Source: a virus (Duplodnaviria > Caudoviricetes). From it: a stretch of 41,848 bases of DNA. Positions 7,847 to 16,750 of this stretch are shown here, piece by piece. Within the stretch, counting starts at the first letter, position 1. Every line of letters begins with the position of its first letter. Where the stretch lies: positions 1 to 41,848 of IMG/VR virus record IMGVR_UViG_3300048579_000420; one strand, given 5' to 3'. The position numbers were made by a program, and so were the translations under genes. The notes beneath the pieces are model-generated. The model worked only from the letters and a program-made list of their open reading frames with translations. It was not told the origin of the DNA and did no database searches.

Positions 7847-8358
7847 AAGACCTGACTTGGATTGATGACGTCCACTGGATCGAGGCCTTTTGCTCCGATA
7901 CCTCGGGGCCACTCGAAAAGCCCTTCCTGGTCGAGCTAGGCGGCAAGCTCTGGACGGTGGCCACGGACGGATGCCGCGTCCTCGCGCTCAAGGGAGAGCA
8001 AGAGGGCTACGACTTCAAGCCTCCAGCGCCCGAGGACGCGAAGCTGGCGGCCGTCATGACCGATCTCCTGCACGCGCCTGGAGAGTGGAGGCCCGTTTCG
8101 GCGGAGGGCTTCCGGAGCTTCTTTCAGCCCTCCTTCACCCAGGTCGGATGGGTCGGCCCCGCACTCATCAACCGCCAGCCCATCATAGATGCGGGCGTGA
8201 TCGGCTTGCTGAAGCTGTCCACCGTCGCCGTGAGTACCGATGGCGAGCTAAAGCCAGTTCGCTTCCGGGGTAAGGACTGGAAACTCGTCATCATGCCGCT
8301 TATGCCTAGTACGGACTACGATCCGCCGGGGCTGGAGATCGGGGAGGTGGCGGTGTGA
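7843..8358 (+). CDS. Truncated beta sliding-clamp-like protein
   Basis: VATDGCRV (cf. DnaN VATDGHRL) and terminal LVIMPL; only 171 aa. Confidence 0.55.
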   Translation: MKDLTWIDDVHWIEAFCSDTSGPLEKPFLVELGGKLWTVATDGCRVLALKGEQEGYDFKPPAPEDAKLAAVMTDLLHAPGEWRPVSAEGFRSFFQPSFTQVGWVGPALINRQPIIDAGVIGLLKLSTVAVSTDGELKPVRFRGKDWKLVIMPLMPSTDYDPPGLEIGEVAV

Positions 8359-8627
8359 GCGTCGCTACCTACCGCCCGCCCTGCAACCACTGCGCCGGAA
8401 CGGGCAATTACGCCCTCTGGGACTTCGGAGAGTACCAAGGCCAGGCCAACTGTCCATACTGCAAAGGCTCTGGCAAAGGCCCAGCCCCCGACGACTGCAA
8501 GGCTTGTCGAGGGGAGGGGCAGTGGAATACGCAGGCACACCCTGACGCAGAGGTCGATACGGAATACTGCGAGGCTTGCCACGGCACCGGCCAAGCCCCA
8601 GACTTCGACGGAGCCGGAATCGCATAA
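8355..8627 (+). CDS. DnaJ-type zinc-finger protein
   Basis: Four CxxCxGxG repeats. Confidence 0.8.
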   Translation: MSVATYRPPCNHCAGTGNYALWDFGEYQGQANCPYCKGSGKGPAPDDCKACRGEGQWNTQAHPDAEVDTEYCEACHGTGQAPDFDGAGIA

Positions 8628-8632
8628 CCCCG

Positions 8633-8651
8633 AGCGCTTCGGCGCTTTTTT
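8633..8651 (+). terminator. Intrinsic terminator
   Basis: AGCGC-TTCG-GCGCT followed by T tract. Confidence 0.65.
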
Positions 8652-8667
8652 GTTGAGGAGATGGACC

Positions 8668-9138
8668 ATGAAACACGAAATCGAACGCCTCTTGCAGATG
8701 CTCGCACACCTTCAAGGTATCGAAGCTGACGCCAAGGCTGACCTGGAAGCCTCGGATGCATACAAGGCTGTGACGGCGGCTCAGAGATCGATCGCAGACA
8801 CCCGTGAAGCCATCCGCGCCCTGCTCACCGAACCCAGCAAGGTCGAAACCTCGGCCGGCACGGTTACCCTCGTCGCCGCCCGCTCGGTCGAGTACCCGGT
8901 GGACGCGGTGAGGCTCTACGCCCCCGAGGTCGCCGCCCTGGTCATCAAGACCATCCCCGCCCGCGAGGAAGTGGACCGGACGGCCTTGGAGAAGGCGGTC
9001 AAGGCCGGGATGAAGGCGGGGACGCTGGCCCCGGACACGCTGGAGAAGCTGGAGAGCAAGGCGACGGTGAAGGAGCTGACGCCGCGGTTCACCATCAAGC
9101 TCGCGGATCCGGTCGCGCAGGAATTGACGCCCTTCTAA
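8668..9138 (+). CDS. Hypothetical coiled-coil phage protein (possibly Gam/Gp157-like)
   Basis: GAGGAG RBS; helical N-terminus; EEVDRTALEKAVK segment. Confidence 0.6.
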   Translation: MKHEIERLLQMLAHLQGIEADAKADLEASDAYKAVTAAQRSIADTREAIRALLTEPSKVETSAGTVTLVAARSVEYPVDAVRLYAPEVAALVIKTIPAREEVDRTALEKAVKAGMKAGTLAPDTLEKLESKATVKELTPRFTIKLADPVAQELTPF

Positions 9139-9205
9139 CACCCCCACGGGCCGCCTTCGGGTGGCCCTTCCCCTACGAGAGCAGACCAACAGAAGGATAG
9201 AGGCG

Positions 9206-10195
9206 ATGAGGAAGCCATGGACCAAGATCCCAAACCGAATGAATGACCATGTCTACCTCTCGCTGTCGATGGAGGCGAGAGGGATCCTGACGGGCCTTGA
9301 GATCCTGATGGACAAAGGCCCGATCGAAGGCAACCTGACTCACCTCTCCATCTGGCTCGGCCTCGACCGGAAGGAGTGCCGTCTGAAGCCCCACCTCACA
9401 CGCTTGCTTGATGCCGGATACATCGTCGGCACCGTCGAGGACCGGGGCAAGCAAGGCCTCTGGTACACCCTGGATCTTCCCGAGAAGCACCCCGAAAGAG
9501 AGCCAGAAAAGCCCAAGAAAAGCTCCGGAAAAGCCCGAGAAAAGGGAGAGAAAGCCGAAAGAAAGCCGAAAGAAAAGCCCCAGAACGCCGAAAGAACGCC
9601 CCCAGAAAAGGGGGAAGATAAATCTAGTAATGATGCGGGTTTCGGCGATTCCTCTCTTAATAAGATATATCCTTCGGATATAGAGATCCTTCCTTCGGAA
9701 GGAGAGAATAGATCCTCCTTGCAGGAGGAGAAGGAGATGCGCGCGCGCGTCGCTCCTCCCGCTCTCCCCGAGTCCGCTTCCGACCTCGAAGAGCTGGAGG
9801 CATGGTGGGCGGCGAAGAAGGGACGCAACCCCCCGCTCCCATCGCAGGAGATCGCCGACATGCGGACGGCCATGGCCCTGCCCGGCATGACGGTCCCACA
9901 CATCAAGGCGTTCATCGAGCGGCGGATGGCAGCCCGAGCCGCCAAGGGACAAGACCCCCCGAGCACCTTCGGGTACTTCCTGTTCGGGCTCCAGGACGAG
10001 GCGACGCGAGCGAAGCTCCTGGCCGAGCCCGTTCCGACCACGCCCGCTCCCTCGGCGAGCACGGAGCCCCCGCCGCCGAAGAAGGCCCGGATCACCAGCC
10101 AGGCGCACTACCTGGCCATCCTGGACGACGGGCTAGATCTGTCCGACTACGAGAACCCCGACGAATTTAGACCCCGAGAGGAGGTGGCATCGTGA
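9206..10195 (+). CDS. Phage replication initiator
   Basis: N-terminal W.KIP..LS.EARG winged-helix-like region; repeat-encoded linker; position in replication module. Confidence 0.7.
   Translation: MRKPWTKIPNRMNDHVYLSLSMEARGILTGLEILMDKGPIEGNLTHLSIWLGLDRKECRLKPHLTRLLDAGYIVGTVEDRGKQGLWYTLDLPEKHPEREPEKPKKSSGKAREKGEKAERKPKEKPQNAERTPPEKGEDKSSNDAGFGDSSLNKIYPSDIEILPSEGENRSSLQEEKEMRARVAPPALPESASDLEELEAWWAAKKGRNPPLPSQEIADMRTAMALPGMTVPHIKAFIERRMAARAAKGQDPPSTFGYFLFGLQDEATRAKLLAEPVPTTPAPSASTEPPPPKKARITSQAHYLAILDDGLDLSDYENPDEFRPREEVAS
9491..9703. other. Putative replication origin inside the initiator gene
   Basis: Strand-biased GAAA(A)GCC/CCGAAAGA repeats, then an AT-rich patch and two CCTTCGG-centred palindromes (9666-9682, 9687-9703). 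Confidence 0.55.
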
Positions 10196-10716
10196 GCTTC
10201 GAGGAGCGCGGCGGCGGACCGTCGCCCATGCGGTCGCTGCTGCACCGGTACACGGAGCGCGGCGGTGGGATGATCGAGCTGGAGCAGGCGGATCTCGAGA
10301 CTCGGACGGTCCGTGTCGTGCGGACCGAGGCGAGCACGAACGCCCCGGCAAGGCCCCTGGATCGGGGCTCGTCCTGCTGGCGGTGCTGGGATAGGGGGGT
10401 GATCAGCTACACGGTGCTCGCGCCCTTCCGGGAGCGGGAGATCGCTTACCCCTTCGTCGCTCGCTGCCTGTGCAGGGCAGCGGCCAAGGTTTCCCAGAGC
10501 ATCCCGACCTTCGAGCAGATCTTCGGGGCGTGGGAGAGGCGACCGGGCGATCACCCAGTCACGATCCAGCCACCCCGAGGCTACGAAGAGCCCGAATACC
10601 ACCCCCCAGCCCCCGAGCCCTTGCCGGGGGTTTCTGCTGGTCCTGGATGGGGTCAGGCAGAGCAGACGAGGACGGGGAGCGTGGTGGTGGAGTACACGGA
10701 CGAGGAGGACGAGTGA
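10192..10716 (+). CDS. Zinc-binding replication-associated protein
   Basis: CxxCxDxG..CxC like helicase-loader N-termini; no Walker A motif. Confidence 0.6.
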   Translation: MSFEERGGGPSPMRSLLHRYTERGGGMIELEQADLETRTVRVVRTEASTNAPARPLDRGSSCWRCWDRGVISYTVLAPFREREIAYPFVARCLCRAAAKVSQSIPTFEQIFGAWERRPGDHPVTIQPPRGYEEPEYHPPAPEPLPGVSAGPGWGQAEQTRTGSVVVEYTDEEDE

Positions 10717-11042
10717 GCGAGATTGGGATGCGGGCCTGCCAGCACAAAGCCCTGGAACGCTTCATCGCTCAGCACGGGGCTGACTGGAAGGGGCTCTTGC
10801 TGGGGCTCTGGAAGACGGGCAACGGCGTGCAATACCTGTCGCTCCAGGAGATCCTCAGCGACGACCAACTCACCGACGAGTATTTCCTGGTGAGCCTGCG
10901 GCGGACTCACGGGGCTACGTGGCTGCGTGGGGCGAGCGATGAGGACCCGATCGGGCATATGGCCTGGCTTCGAGCGAGGCAGAGTAGACCGAAGAGGGCT
11001 TGGCAAAGGGCGCTGGAGCGGTGGAGACGGGACGAGGATTGA
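10713..11042 (+). CDS. Hypothetical phage protein
   Basis: GTGA overlap; WK..L...W..G..LR..HG..WL motif. Confidence 0.65.
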   Translation: MSEIGMRACQHKALERFIAQHGADWKGLLLGLWKTGNGVQYLSLQEILSDDQLTDEYFLVSLRRTHGATWLRGASDEDPIGHMAWLRARQSRPKRAWQRALERWRRDED

Positions 11043-11055
11043 GAGGAGACGAGGG

Positions 11056-11436
11056 ATGGCAAAGAAAAAATGGACTGTCATGGCGCTGGTCGATGCGTCG
11101 TACATCGTGGGCGAGTTCGAGGCGGAGACGGGGGAGAAAGCTGCGGAGCTGGCTTGGGGCGAGGCGCATAGCCCATCCCTCTGCCACCAATGCTCGAAAG
11201 ACCTCGATACGGGCGATGTGTACGACCTTCGGGCCTGGACTGACGACGGCGACAGCTACGAGGGCGAGGTGACTGCCAGGATGGCCGCCCTGAAAGCTGA
11301 GCGCGACGAAGCGCGGGCAGAGGTGGATCGGTTGCGTGAGGCGCTGGAAGCCTTCCTCCAGGCCGATAGCCAGGACGGGGTACATCTAGCCGCCAACATG
11401 GCTCACGAGGCCCTGAATACCACCCCCAGCCGGTAG
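11056..11436 (+). CDS. Hypothetical protein
   Basis: RBS, CxxC, coiled-coil C-terminus. Confidence 0.65.
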   Translation: MAKKKWTVMALVDASYIVGEFEAETGEKAAELAWGEAHSPSLCHQCSKDLDTGDVYDLRAWTDDGDSYEGEVTARMAALKAERDEARAEVDRLREALEAFLQADSQDGVHLAANMAHEALNTTPSR

Positions 11437-11451
11437 CAATGCCGGCTTTTT
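11428..11451 (+). terminator. Intrinsic terminator
   Basis: AGCCGGTA-GCAA-TGCCGGCT followed by TTTT. Confidence 0.65.
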
Positions 11452-11466
11452 GATGGGAGAGAGACG

Positions 11467-11640
11467 ATGCAGGAAAAGACGATCGCAAAGCCCGCCGACT
11501 GGTGGGACCGGATTAGCAGCGAGATCGAGGCGGTGCTAGACCAGCACGGGATCTACGACGCGACCATGCGGCTTTCGGCGGGCTGGCTGGACATCACGAC
11601 AGCCAGGGACCGAGAGGGCCGCGAACTGATTGGAGGGTGA
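11467..11640 (+). CDS. Hypothetical protein (57 aa)
   Basis: GGGAG RBS; MQEKTIAKPADWWDRISSEIEAVLD; fills gap. Confidence 0.55.
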   Translation: MQEKTIAKPADWWDRISSEIEAVLDQHGIYDATMRLSAGWLDITTARDREGRELIGG

Positions 11641-11644
11641 GGCG

Positions 11645-11788
11645 ATGTGCTACTACGAGCGGGTCTACCCCGTCTGGCTGCTGGCCCTCCTCAAGTCCGC
11701 CCGGTGCTGCCGGTGCTGTCGACCCAGGGGCGTCTACGGGCTGGGCGGGGCGGAGTGCGGGGAGTGCGTGGGGGGAGGGGGAGCGTGA
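11645..11788 (+). CDS. Cys-rich microprotein (47 aa)
   Basis: ATG 11645; GTGA overlap with the methyltransferase start. Confidence 0.4.
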   Translation: MCYYERVYPVWLLALLKSARCCRCCRPRGVYGLGGAECGECVGGGGA

Positions 11789-13221
11789 GGTACGGTAGCG
11801 TCTGCTCGGGCATCGAGGCCGCATCCGTCGCCTGGGAGTCACTCGGCTGGGAGGCTAGGTGGTTCTCGGAGATCGAGGCCTTCCCCAGTGCGGTCCTCGC
11901 CCACCACTACCCACACGTCCCCAACCTCGGGGACATGACCAAGATCCACGAAAGCGAGGTGTTTCGTGATTCAGCTATCGATCTTCTCGTCGGGGGCACT
12001 CCCTGCCAGAGCTTCAGCGTCGCCGGACTCCGAAAGGGACTGGAGGATCCTCGTGGCAACCTGGCGCTCGTCTTTCTTGCGCTTGTTGACCGAGCACGCC
12101 CCCGCTGGGTGGTCTGGGAGAACGTCCCCGGCGTCCTTTCGTCATGGTCCGGGCCTGACGCGCCGAGCGATCTGGAGCCTGGACGAGGATGGGAATCCGA
12201 GGAAACGAGTGATTTCGGATGCTTCCTCGCAGGCCTGGGGGAACTCGGGTATGGGTGGGCCTACCGAGTGCTTGACGCTCAATACTTCGGAGTGGCCCAG
12301 CGCCGCCGTCGTGTGTTCGTTGTCGGATACCTTGGAGACTGGCGACGTGCCGCAGCGGTACTTTTTGAGCGCGACAGCCTGTCGGGGAATCCTGCGCCGA
12401 GCCGAGAAGCGGGGGCGGGAGTTGCCGCTCTCACTGCGACTGGCGTTGGAACGAGTGGCGCAGACGACAACCAGGCGCAAGCAGGCCATTTAGTCGTCCC
12501 TCTTCAAGAAGTCACTTCACCGCGCGAAGGCAAGCAAAACGGCCTTGGCATCGGCCAGCCTGGCGATCCGATGTTCACGCTCTTGACCTACGGACAGCAT
12601 GCGGTTGCTCACACCCTGCGGGGCGAAGGCTTCGACGCCAGTGAGGACGGGACCGGGAGAGGGATTCCGCTGGTGGCGTCCACCCTCACGGCCAGGGAGC
12701 ACAAAGACCCTGATTCCGATTGCACCTCGACGCTGATCGCCTTCGACCTGGCGCAACTCACTAGCGCTGAGAATCGTAGCAATCCGCAGCCAGGCGACCC
12801 GGCCCCTACTCTCAACACGAAGGGGCGGCATCACGTCGCCTTCAACCCCCAGGCGGCCGGCAAGCAAACCTCGCTGGGCTTCGACCCTGGCAGCGAGCAA
12901 ACCGGAGCCCTCGTGTCACACCAGATACCCGCCGTCGTCGGAGCTGGCGTCCGGCGCCTCACCCCTCGGGAGTGCGAGCGGCTACAGGGATTCCCCGACG
13001 ACTACACCCTGATCCCCACCCACAAGCGGAACTGGAGCGCCGAAGAGGCCGAGATGCGGGCCTACTTCAAGCGGACGCTCCAAGACCTCAGCGACGAAGA
13101 GATCGAGCGCCTAGCCGCCGATGGCCCCCGCTACAAGGCCATCGGGAACTCGATGGCGATCCCCGTGATGCGGTGGATCGGCGAGCGCATTCAAGCAGTA
13201 GAGAAGGAGACAAGACCATGA
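11785..13221 (+). CDS. DNA (cytosine-5)-methyltransferase
   Basis: Motif I CSGIEA, catalytic GTPCQSFS, ENV, Q.R.R.F, RRLTPRECERLQGFPD, GNS. Confidence 0.95.
   Translation: MRYGSVCSGIEAASVAWESLGWEARWFSEIEAFPSAVLAHHYPHVPNLGDMTKIHESEVFRDSAIDLLVGGTPCQSFSVAGLRKGLEDPRGNLALVFLALVDRARPRWVVWENVPGVLSSWSGPDAPSDLEPGRGWESEETSDFGCFLAGLGELGYGWAYRVLDAQYFGVAQRRRRVFVVGYLGDWRRAAAVLFERDSLSGNPAPSREAGAGVAALTATGVGTSGADDNQAQAGHLVVPLQEVTSPREGKQNGLGIGQPGDPMFTLLTYGQHAVAHTLRGEGFDASEDGTGRGIPLVASTLTAREHKDPDSDCTSTLIAFDLAQLTSAENRSNPQPGDPAPTLNTKGRHHVAFNPQAAGKQTSLGFDPGSEQTGALVSHQIPAVVGAGVRRLTPRECERLQGFPDDYTLIPTHKRNWSAEEAEMRAYFKRTLQDLSDEEIERLAADGPRYKAIGNSMAIPVMRWIGERIQAVEKETRP
11966..12493 (+). CDS. Nested +1-frame protein, putative methyltransferase beta subunit (EcoHK31I-type)
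   Basis: GAGGTG RBS then GTG; 175 open codons; SLSDTLETGDVPQRYFLSATACRGILRRAEKRG. Confidence 0.7.
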   Translation: MIQLSIFSSGALPARASASPDSERDWRILVATWRSSFLRLLTEHAPAGWSGRTSPASFRHGPGLTRRAIWSLDEDGNPRKRVISDASSQAWGNSGMGGPTECLTLNTSEWPSAAVVCSLSDTLETGDVPQRYFLSATACRGILRRAEKRGRELPLSLRLALERVAQTTTRRKQAI

Positions 13222-13409
13222 CCAACCCCACCGCGGCCCGCGCCCTGAGCCTGGCCGCCGACATCCGCCAGCAAATCACCCTGGGGCGCCGGGTTTACAT
13301 CGCAGATCCTGCCGAAGAGCTGGCGGGGCTGCTGGAGGGCCTGGCGGGGGAGATCGGGAAGAGGCGCCGCAGCTCACGGGAGCGGCTTGTCGAGAGGCTG
13401 AGGAGGTGA
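13218..13409 (+). CDS. Hypothetical protein
   Basis: AAGGAG RBS, ATGA overlap. Confidence 0.6.
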   Translation: MTNPTAARALSLAADIRQQITLGRRVYIADPAEELAGLLEGLAGEIGKRRRSSRERLVERLRR

Positions 13410-13413
13410 GCGA

Positions 13414-13935
13414 ATGACCCATGCGAACCTCGGCAAGGCCTTCGAGGCGGCCGTTGAGGCTATTAACCTCGAATACCGCATGGAGGGCCTGGCCGACATC
13501 GAGAAGTCGCATCCCGAGTGGGTGATCGTCCGGCGGGGGCGCGAGATCGTGAGCGCCTTCCCCAGGAGCAAGGGAGGCGTGGACTTCTACGGGGAGTTTT
13601 GGGCCGGGGGGAGGGTCCATCGGATCTACTTCGACGCCAAGGAAACCCGCTTCAAGACCCGCTTCCCCTTCGCAAACATCAAGGATGGTCAAATCGACTT
13701 CCTCAAGCGCAAGGCCGCCTTTGGGGCAGTGGTCTTCCTGCTCGTTCACTTCGAGCCGGTCGGCCGGTGTTTTCTGGTCGATTGGGAGGCGGTCGAGCGA
13801 GCGATGGCGGCCGGTCGAGCCTCCCTTTCCTTCGCTGAATGCACCTCTGGGGTCGAAGTCCCATGGCGCGGCCAATCCCCCGATTACCTGGAGCCCATCC
13901 TCAGCATGATCAATCAGAGCACGGAGGCCTCATGA
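13414..13935 (+). CDS. recU: RecU-family Holliday junction resolvase
   Basis: G..FE....N..Y, VDFYG, FDAKET, FP..NI...Q..FL motifs. Confidence 0.85.
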   Translation: MTHANLGKAFEAAVEAINLEYRMEGLADIEKSHPEWVIVRRGREIVSAFPRSKGGVDFYGEFWAGGRVHRIYFDAKETRFKTRFPFANIKDGQIDFLKRKAAFGAVVFLLVHFEPVGRCFLVDWEAVERAMAAGRASLSFAECTSGVEVPWRGQSPDYLEPILSMINQSTEAS

Positions 13936-14570
13936 CCAAGCAGTACCAGATCATCTACGCGGACCCGCCATGGTGGTATTCGAGCCGGATCAGCCGGGGG
14001 CCGGGGACCCGGACGCGCTTCGGCAGCGGAGCTGAGGGACATTACCCCCTAATGAAGGACCGGGAGCTGCGGGACATGGCTCCGAAGATCAAGGAGATCT
14101 CGGCCAAGGATGCGGTTTGCCTGATGTGGGCCACGGGGCCGCGGTTGGACTTCGCCATGGAGTTGATGCAGCTCTGGGGCTTCAAGTACAGCACGATCGC
14201 TTACCTCTGGGTCAAGACGACGAAGGCGGCGGAGTCGGAGTTCCGGTCGCCCAAGCTGATAGCGTCGTGGGATGACTTCACGAGGCTGCTACCCGCCAAG
14301 GGACCGGGAGGCTACACGCAATCCAACGTCGAGCCAGTGTTGCTCGGGCGGCGAGGGAAGTCGCTCACGGTCAAGAACTTACCCCACTCGCAGGTGATCT
14401 TCGCCCCACGGGCCGAGCACAGCCGGAAGCCGGTCGAGGTGAGGGAGAGGATCGAGGAGCTATTCGGGGACCGGCCGCGCGTGGAGCTTTTCTGTCGCTA
14501 CCCGGCTCCGGGGTGGGATGCCCATGGGCATGGCGTGGACGGACGGGATATCAGGGAGGCATTGGCATGA
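13932..14570 (+). CDS. MT-A70 family N6-adenine methyltransferase
   Basis: IIYADPPW, LMWAT, WGF.Y, HSRKP, ELF.R motifs. Confidence 0.92.
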   Translation: MTKQYQIIYADPPWWYSSRISRGPGTRTRFGSGAEGHYPLMKDRELRDMAPKIKEISAKDAVCLMWATGPRLDFAMELMQLWGFKYSTIAYLWVKTTKAAESEFRSPKLIASWDDFTRLLPAKGPGGYTQSNVEPVLLGRRGKSLTVKNLPHSQVIFAPRAEHSRKPVEVRERIEELFGDRPRVELFCRYPAPGWDAHGHGVDGRDIREALA

Positions 14571-14968
14571 GACTCGGACTCGACATCGACGGCACCATCT
14601 GCGCTAACCCCGCCTTCTACGCCTTCCTGGCGATGGCTTGGGTGGCTCAGGGTGGCGAGGTGCATATCGTCTCGGCCAGGGCAGAGAGCGATCGGAGCTT
14701 CACGGTGGGCCAGCTCCTGGAGTGGGGCTTCGGCCCCACCCCGCATTTCCTCCACCTCTACCCCCACCCCTACGACTACCGGGACCTGGAGGAGATGGAG
14801 CGCCACTACCAGAGCCATGCCGCATGGAAGGCGGCGGTCTGCCGGGAGAGGGGGATCGCCGTCCTGATCGATGACGACCCACGCAACCTGCTCGCGGTGC
14901 GCGAAGCTGGGATTTACTCGCTATCGGCGGGCTTCGTCGGGGCGGGGGAAGGGAAGGTGAGGGGATGA
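14567..14968 (+). CDS. HAD-superfamily phosphatase
   Basis: DIDGT motif I, SAR motif II, K, IDDD motif IV. Confidence 0.8.
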   Translation: MRLGLDIDGTICANPAFYAFLAMAWVAQGGEVHIVSARAESDRSFTVGQLLEWGFGPTPHFLHLYPHPYDYRDLEEMERHYQSHAAWKAAVCRERGIAVLIDDDPRNLLAVREAGIYSLSAGFVGAGEGKVRG

Positions 14969-15336
14969 GGTCGGTCTACAAATTCAAGCTGGATCCACGC
15001 TACCCGAGCGAGGTCGCGATCCAGCCGGGCTACAAGGTGCTCTCGGTTAAGGCGCAGGGCGATGACGTCGTGCTCTACGCCTTGGTGGGCCCCAAGCGCG
15101 AGCCTACCGCCACGCTCATGGCCTACGTCCTGCCAACCGGGGCGATGGTCGAGCTTCCCAAGGCCGCGCACTTCGTGGATACGGTGATGTTCGGGGACGG
15201 GGCGCTGGTGTTTCACGTCTTCGTCTCGGAGGTGCTGTTCCGCGGCGGGCGATGCACCTGCGGAATCCCGATCGCTTTCGGGGCTCTCCTTTGCGATGAG
15301 TGCTGGGCAGATGCGAAGAAGGGCGGTGAAGCATGA
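14965..15336 (+). CDS. Conserved hypothetical phage protein
   Basis: VYKF.L..VLSV..Q...LYA.V..TG..LVFHVF pattern; Cys-rich tail. Confidence 0.7.
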   Translation: MRSVYKFKLDPRYPSEVAIQPGYKVLSVKAQGDDVVLYALVGPKREPTATLMAYVLPTGAMVELPKAAHFVDTVMFGDGALVFHVFVSEVLFRGGRCTCGIPIAFGALLCDECWADAKKGGEA

Positions 15337-15695
15337 CCCCCGCCACCCAGCAGCAACCCGAGCCCAGGCCGGGCGGGGTGAGTGTGACTGCGCTTGTTTT
15401 GCGTGACGTAGCCCGCGGCAATCGAGGGTTCGGCGGAAGCTTGATCGCTAACGCCTTCCGCGATCGCCGGGAACTTGGGATCGAGCGCTACGACACCGAG
15501 CTTCAGACCAACAACGGGCGCGACGCCCTCACCGACGCTTTCCAAGAGGGCTTAGACAAGGCCCTCTATTTGCGTCAGGCCATCCAAGAGGCGGCGGACG
15601 CGGGGGAGCGGCGACGGCTGGACCGGCTGTACCGGATGGAGCTGATCGCCCTGGAGGAGATGGCGGAGATGCTGCACGAGAGGGGGGAGGGATGA
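15333..15695 (+). CDS. Hypothetical protein, possibly MazG-like nucleotide pyrophosphatase
   Basis: R..G..RY.T.L...NGRD.L.DA.QE.LD..LY acidic helical motif. Confidence 0.55.
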   Translation: MTPATQQQPEPRPGGVSVTALVLRDVARGNRGFGGSLIANAFRDRRELGIERYDTELQTNNGRDALTDAFQEGLDKALYLRQAIQEAADAGERRRLDRLYRMELIALEEMAEMLHERGEG

Positions 15696-16243
15696 GCTAC
15701 CACCACACCACCTACGACACGCCCGCCTGCCGGGCCGCTAGGCAGGATTGCATAGACCGCCAGGGGGACTGCTCGGGATGCCTCCACGCGGTCCCCAGCC
15801 TGGGCACCTGCATGATCCGGTACTCTCCCCAGGTCATCGCGGCACTGGGGGAGGCGGGGCCCAAGCCCCCTGTCGTCTCTGAGGGCATCGATACGATCTG
15901 CCAGGAGTGCGGCGGGGACTTCGAGGCCAAGCTGAGTCACGCCCGATACTGCGCGCCCTGCCGGCGCCTGCGAGGGATCAGAGCAAAGCAAGGGGCCCGA
16001 GACGCCCAGAAGCTCATCAATAGGGCTCGGGTGGTGAATCCGTCGGGGAAGGGCCGCCCGCAAGCCTTGAGCCCCCAAAGCGTCTGGGAGATCCTGGAGT
16101 CCCTGGAGGCAGGCAGGGAGACGCAAGCCGAGATCGCCGCCCGATACGGGATCCACTCCTCGCTGGTCTCCAAGATCGGGAGAGGTGTGCGGTACGAGGG
16201 TGACGTGCAGGCGTGGCACGAGCGGCGGAAGCAGGCGGGATAG
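15692..16243 (+). CDS. Zinc-finger plus HTH protein
   Basis: Several CxxC; TQAEIAARYGIHSSLVSKI HTH. Confidence 0.7.
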   Translation: MSYHHTTYDTPACRAARQDCIDRQGDCSGCLHAVPSLGTCMIRYSPQVIAALGEAGPKPPVVSEGIDTICQECGGDFEAKLSHARYCAPCRRLRGIRAKQGARDAQKLINRARVVNPSGKGRPQALSPQSVWEILESLEAGRETQAEIAARYGIHSSLVSKIGRGVRYEGDVQAWHERRKQAG

Positions 16244-16252
16244 GGAGGCACC

Positions 16253-16750
16253 ATGGCAAGCAATGCAGAAAAACGCTTCTGGACCTGGACCTTTGCCGAG
16301 CTGGAGGTTTACTTCGGGATCCGGCGGGGCGGGGTGAGCCACTACCTGAAGAGACGGGAGTTCTCTCCGGAGATCCTCGGACGCGTGCAGCCCAAGCAAC
16401 TTGTCGAAACGGCGACGCACCCGGGCTTTGTCCCGGTCAAGATGGGCGAGGACGGGAAGCGACCAATCACGCGAGAGGTCGAGCAGGCATGCGGAAGCAT
16501 CCCGTGGGCGGCGATGGACAAGGCGGTCAAGGCACTTGAGGCGGCAGATCGCGAGCATGCGGAAGAGGCTTACCGGACCTTCATGGCCGTCCAGCGCCGC
16601 TCCTACACGGACACGCTCGAAGGGATCGCCAGTCGTCTCGACATCGGGATCGCCACGCTCTACCGGCATCTTCGCTGGGCTTTGGATTTCGTGGACTGGT
16701 ATCTCGGCAAAGAGGCGGCAGGGTGGCCGGAAGGGACTGAGGTAAGCTGA
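16253..16750 (+). CDS. Putative late transcriptional regulator (sigma region 4-like HTH)
   Basis: TLEGIASRLDIGIATLYRHL HTH; last early gene before a repeat-bearing promoter. Confidence 0.65.
   Translation: MASNAEKRFWTWTFAELEVYFGIRRGGVSHYLKRREFSPEILGRVQPKQLVETATHPGFVPVKMGEDGKRPITREVEQACGSIPWAAMDKAVKALEAADREHAEEAYRTFMAVQRRSYTDTLEGIASRLDIGIATLYRHLRWALDFVDWYLGKEAAGWPEGTEVS

Noticed and set aside
11647-11784. Longer N-terminus of the methyltransferase given in the ORF track
   Set aside because: Motif I begins right after GTG 11785; similar over-extended starts were trimmed for the portal, MT-A70, HAD and initiator genes
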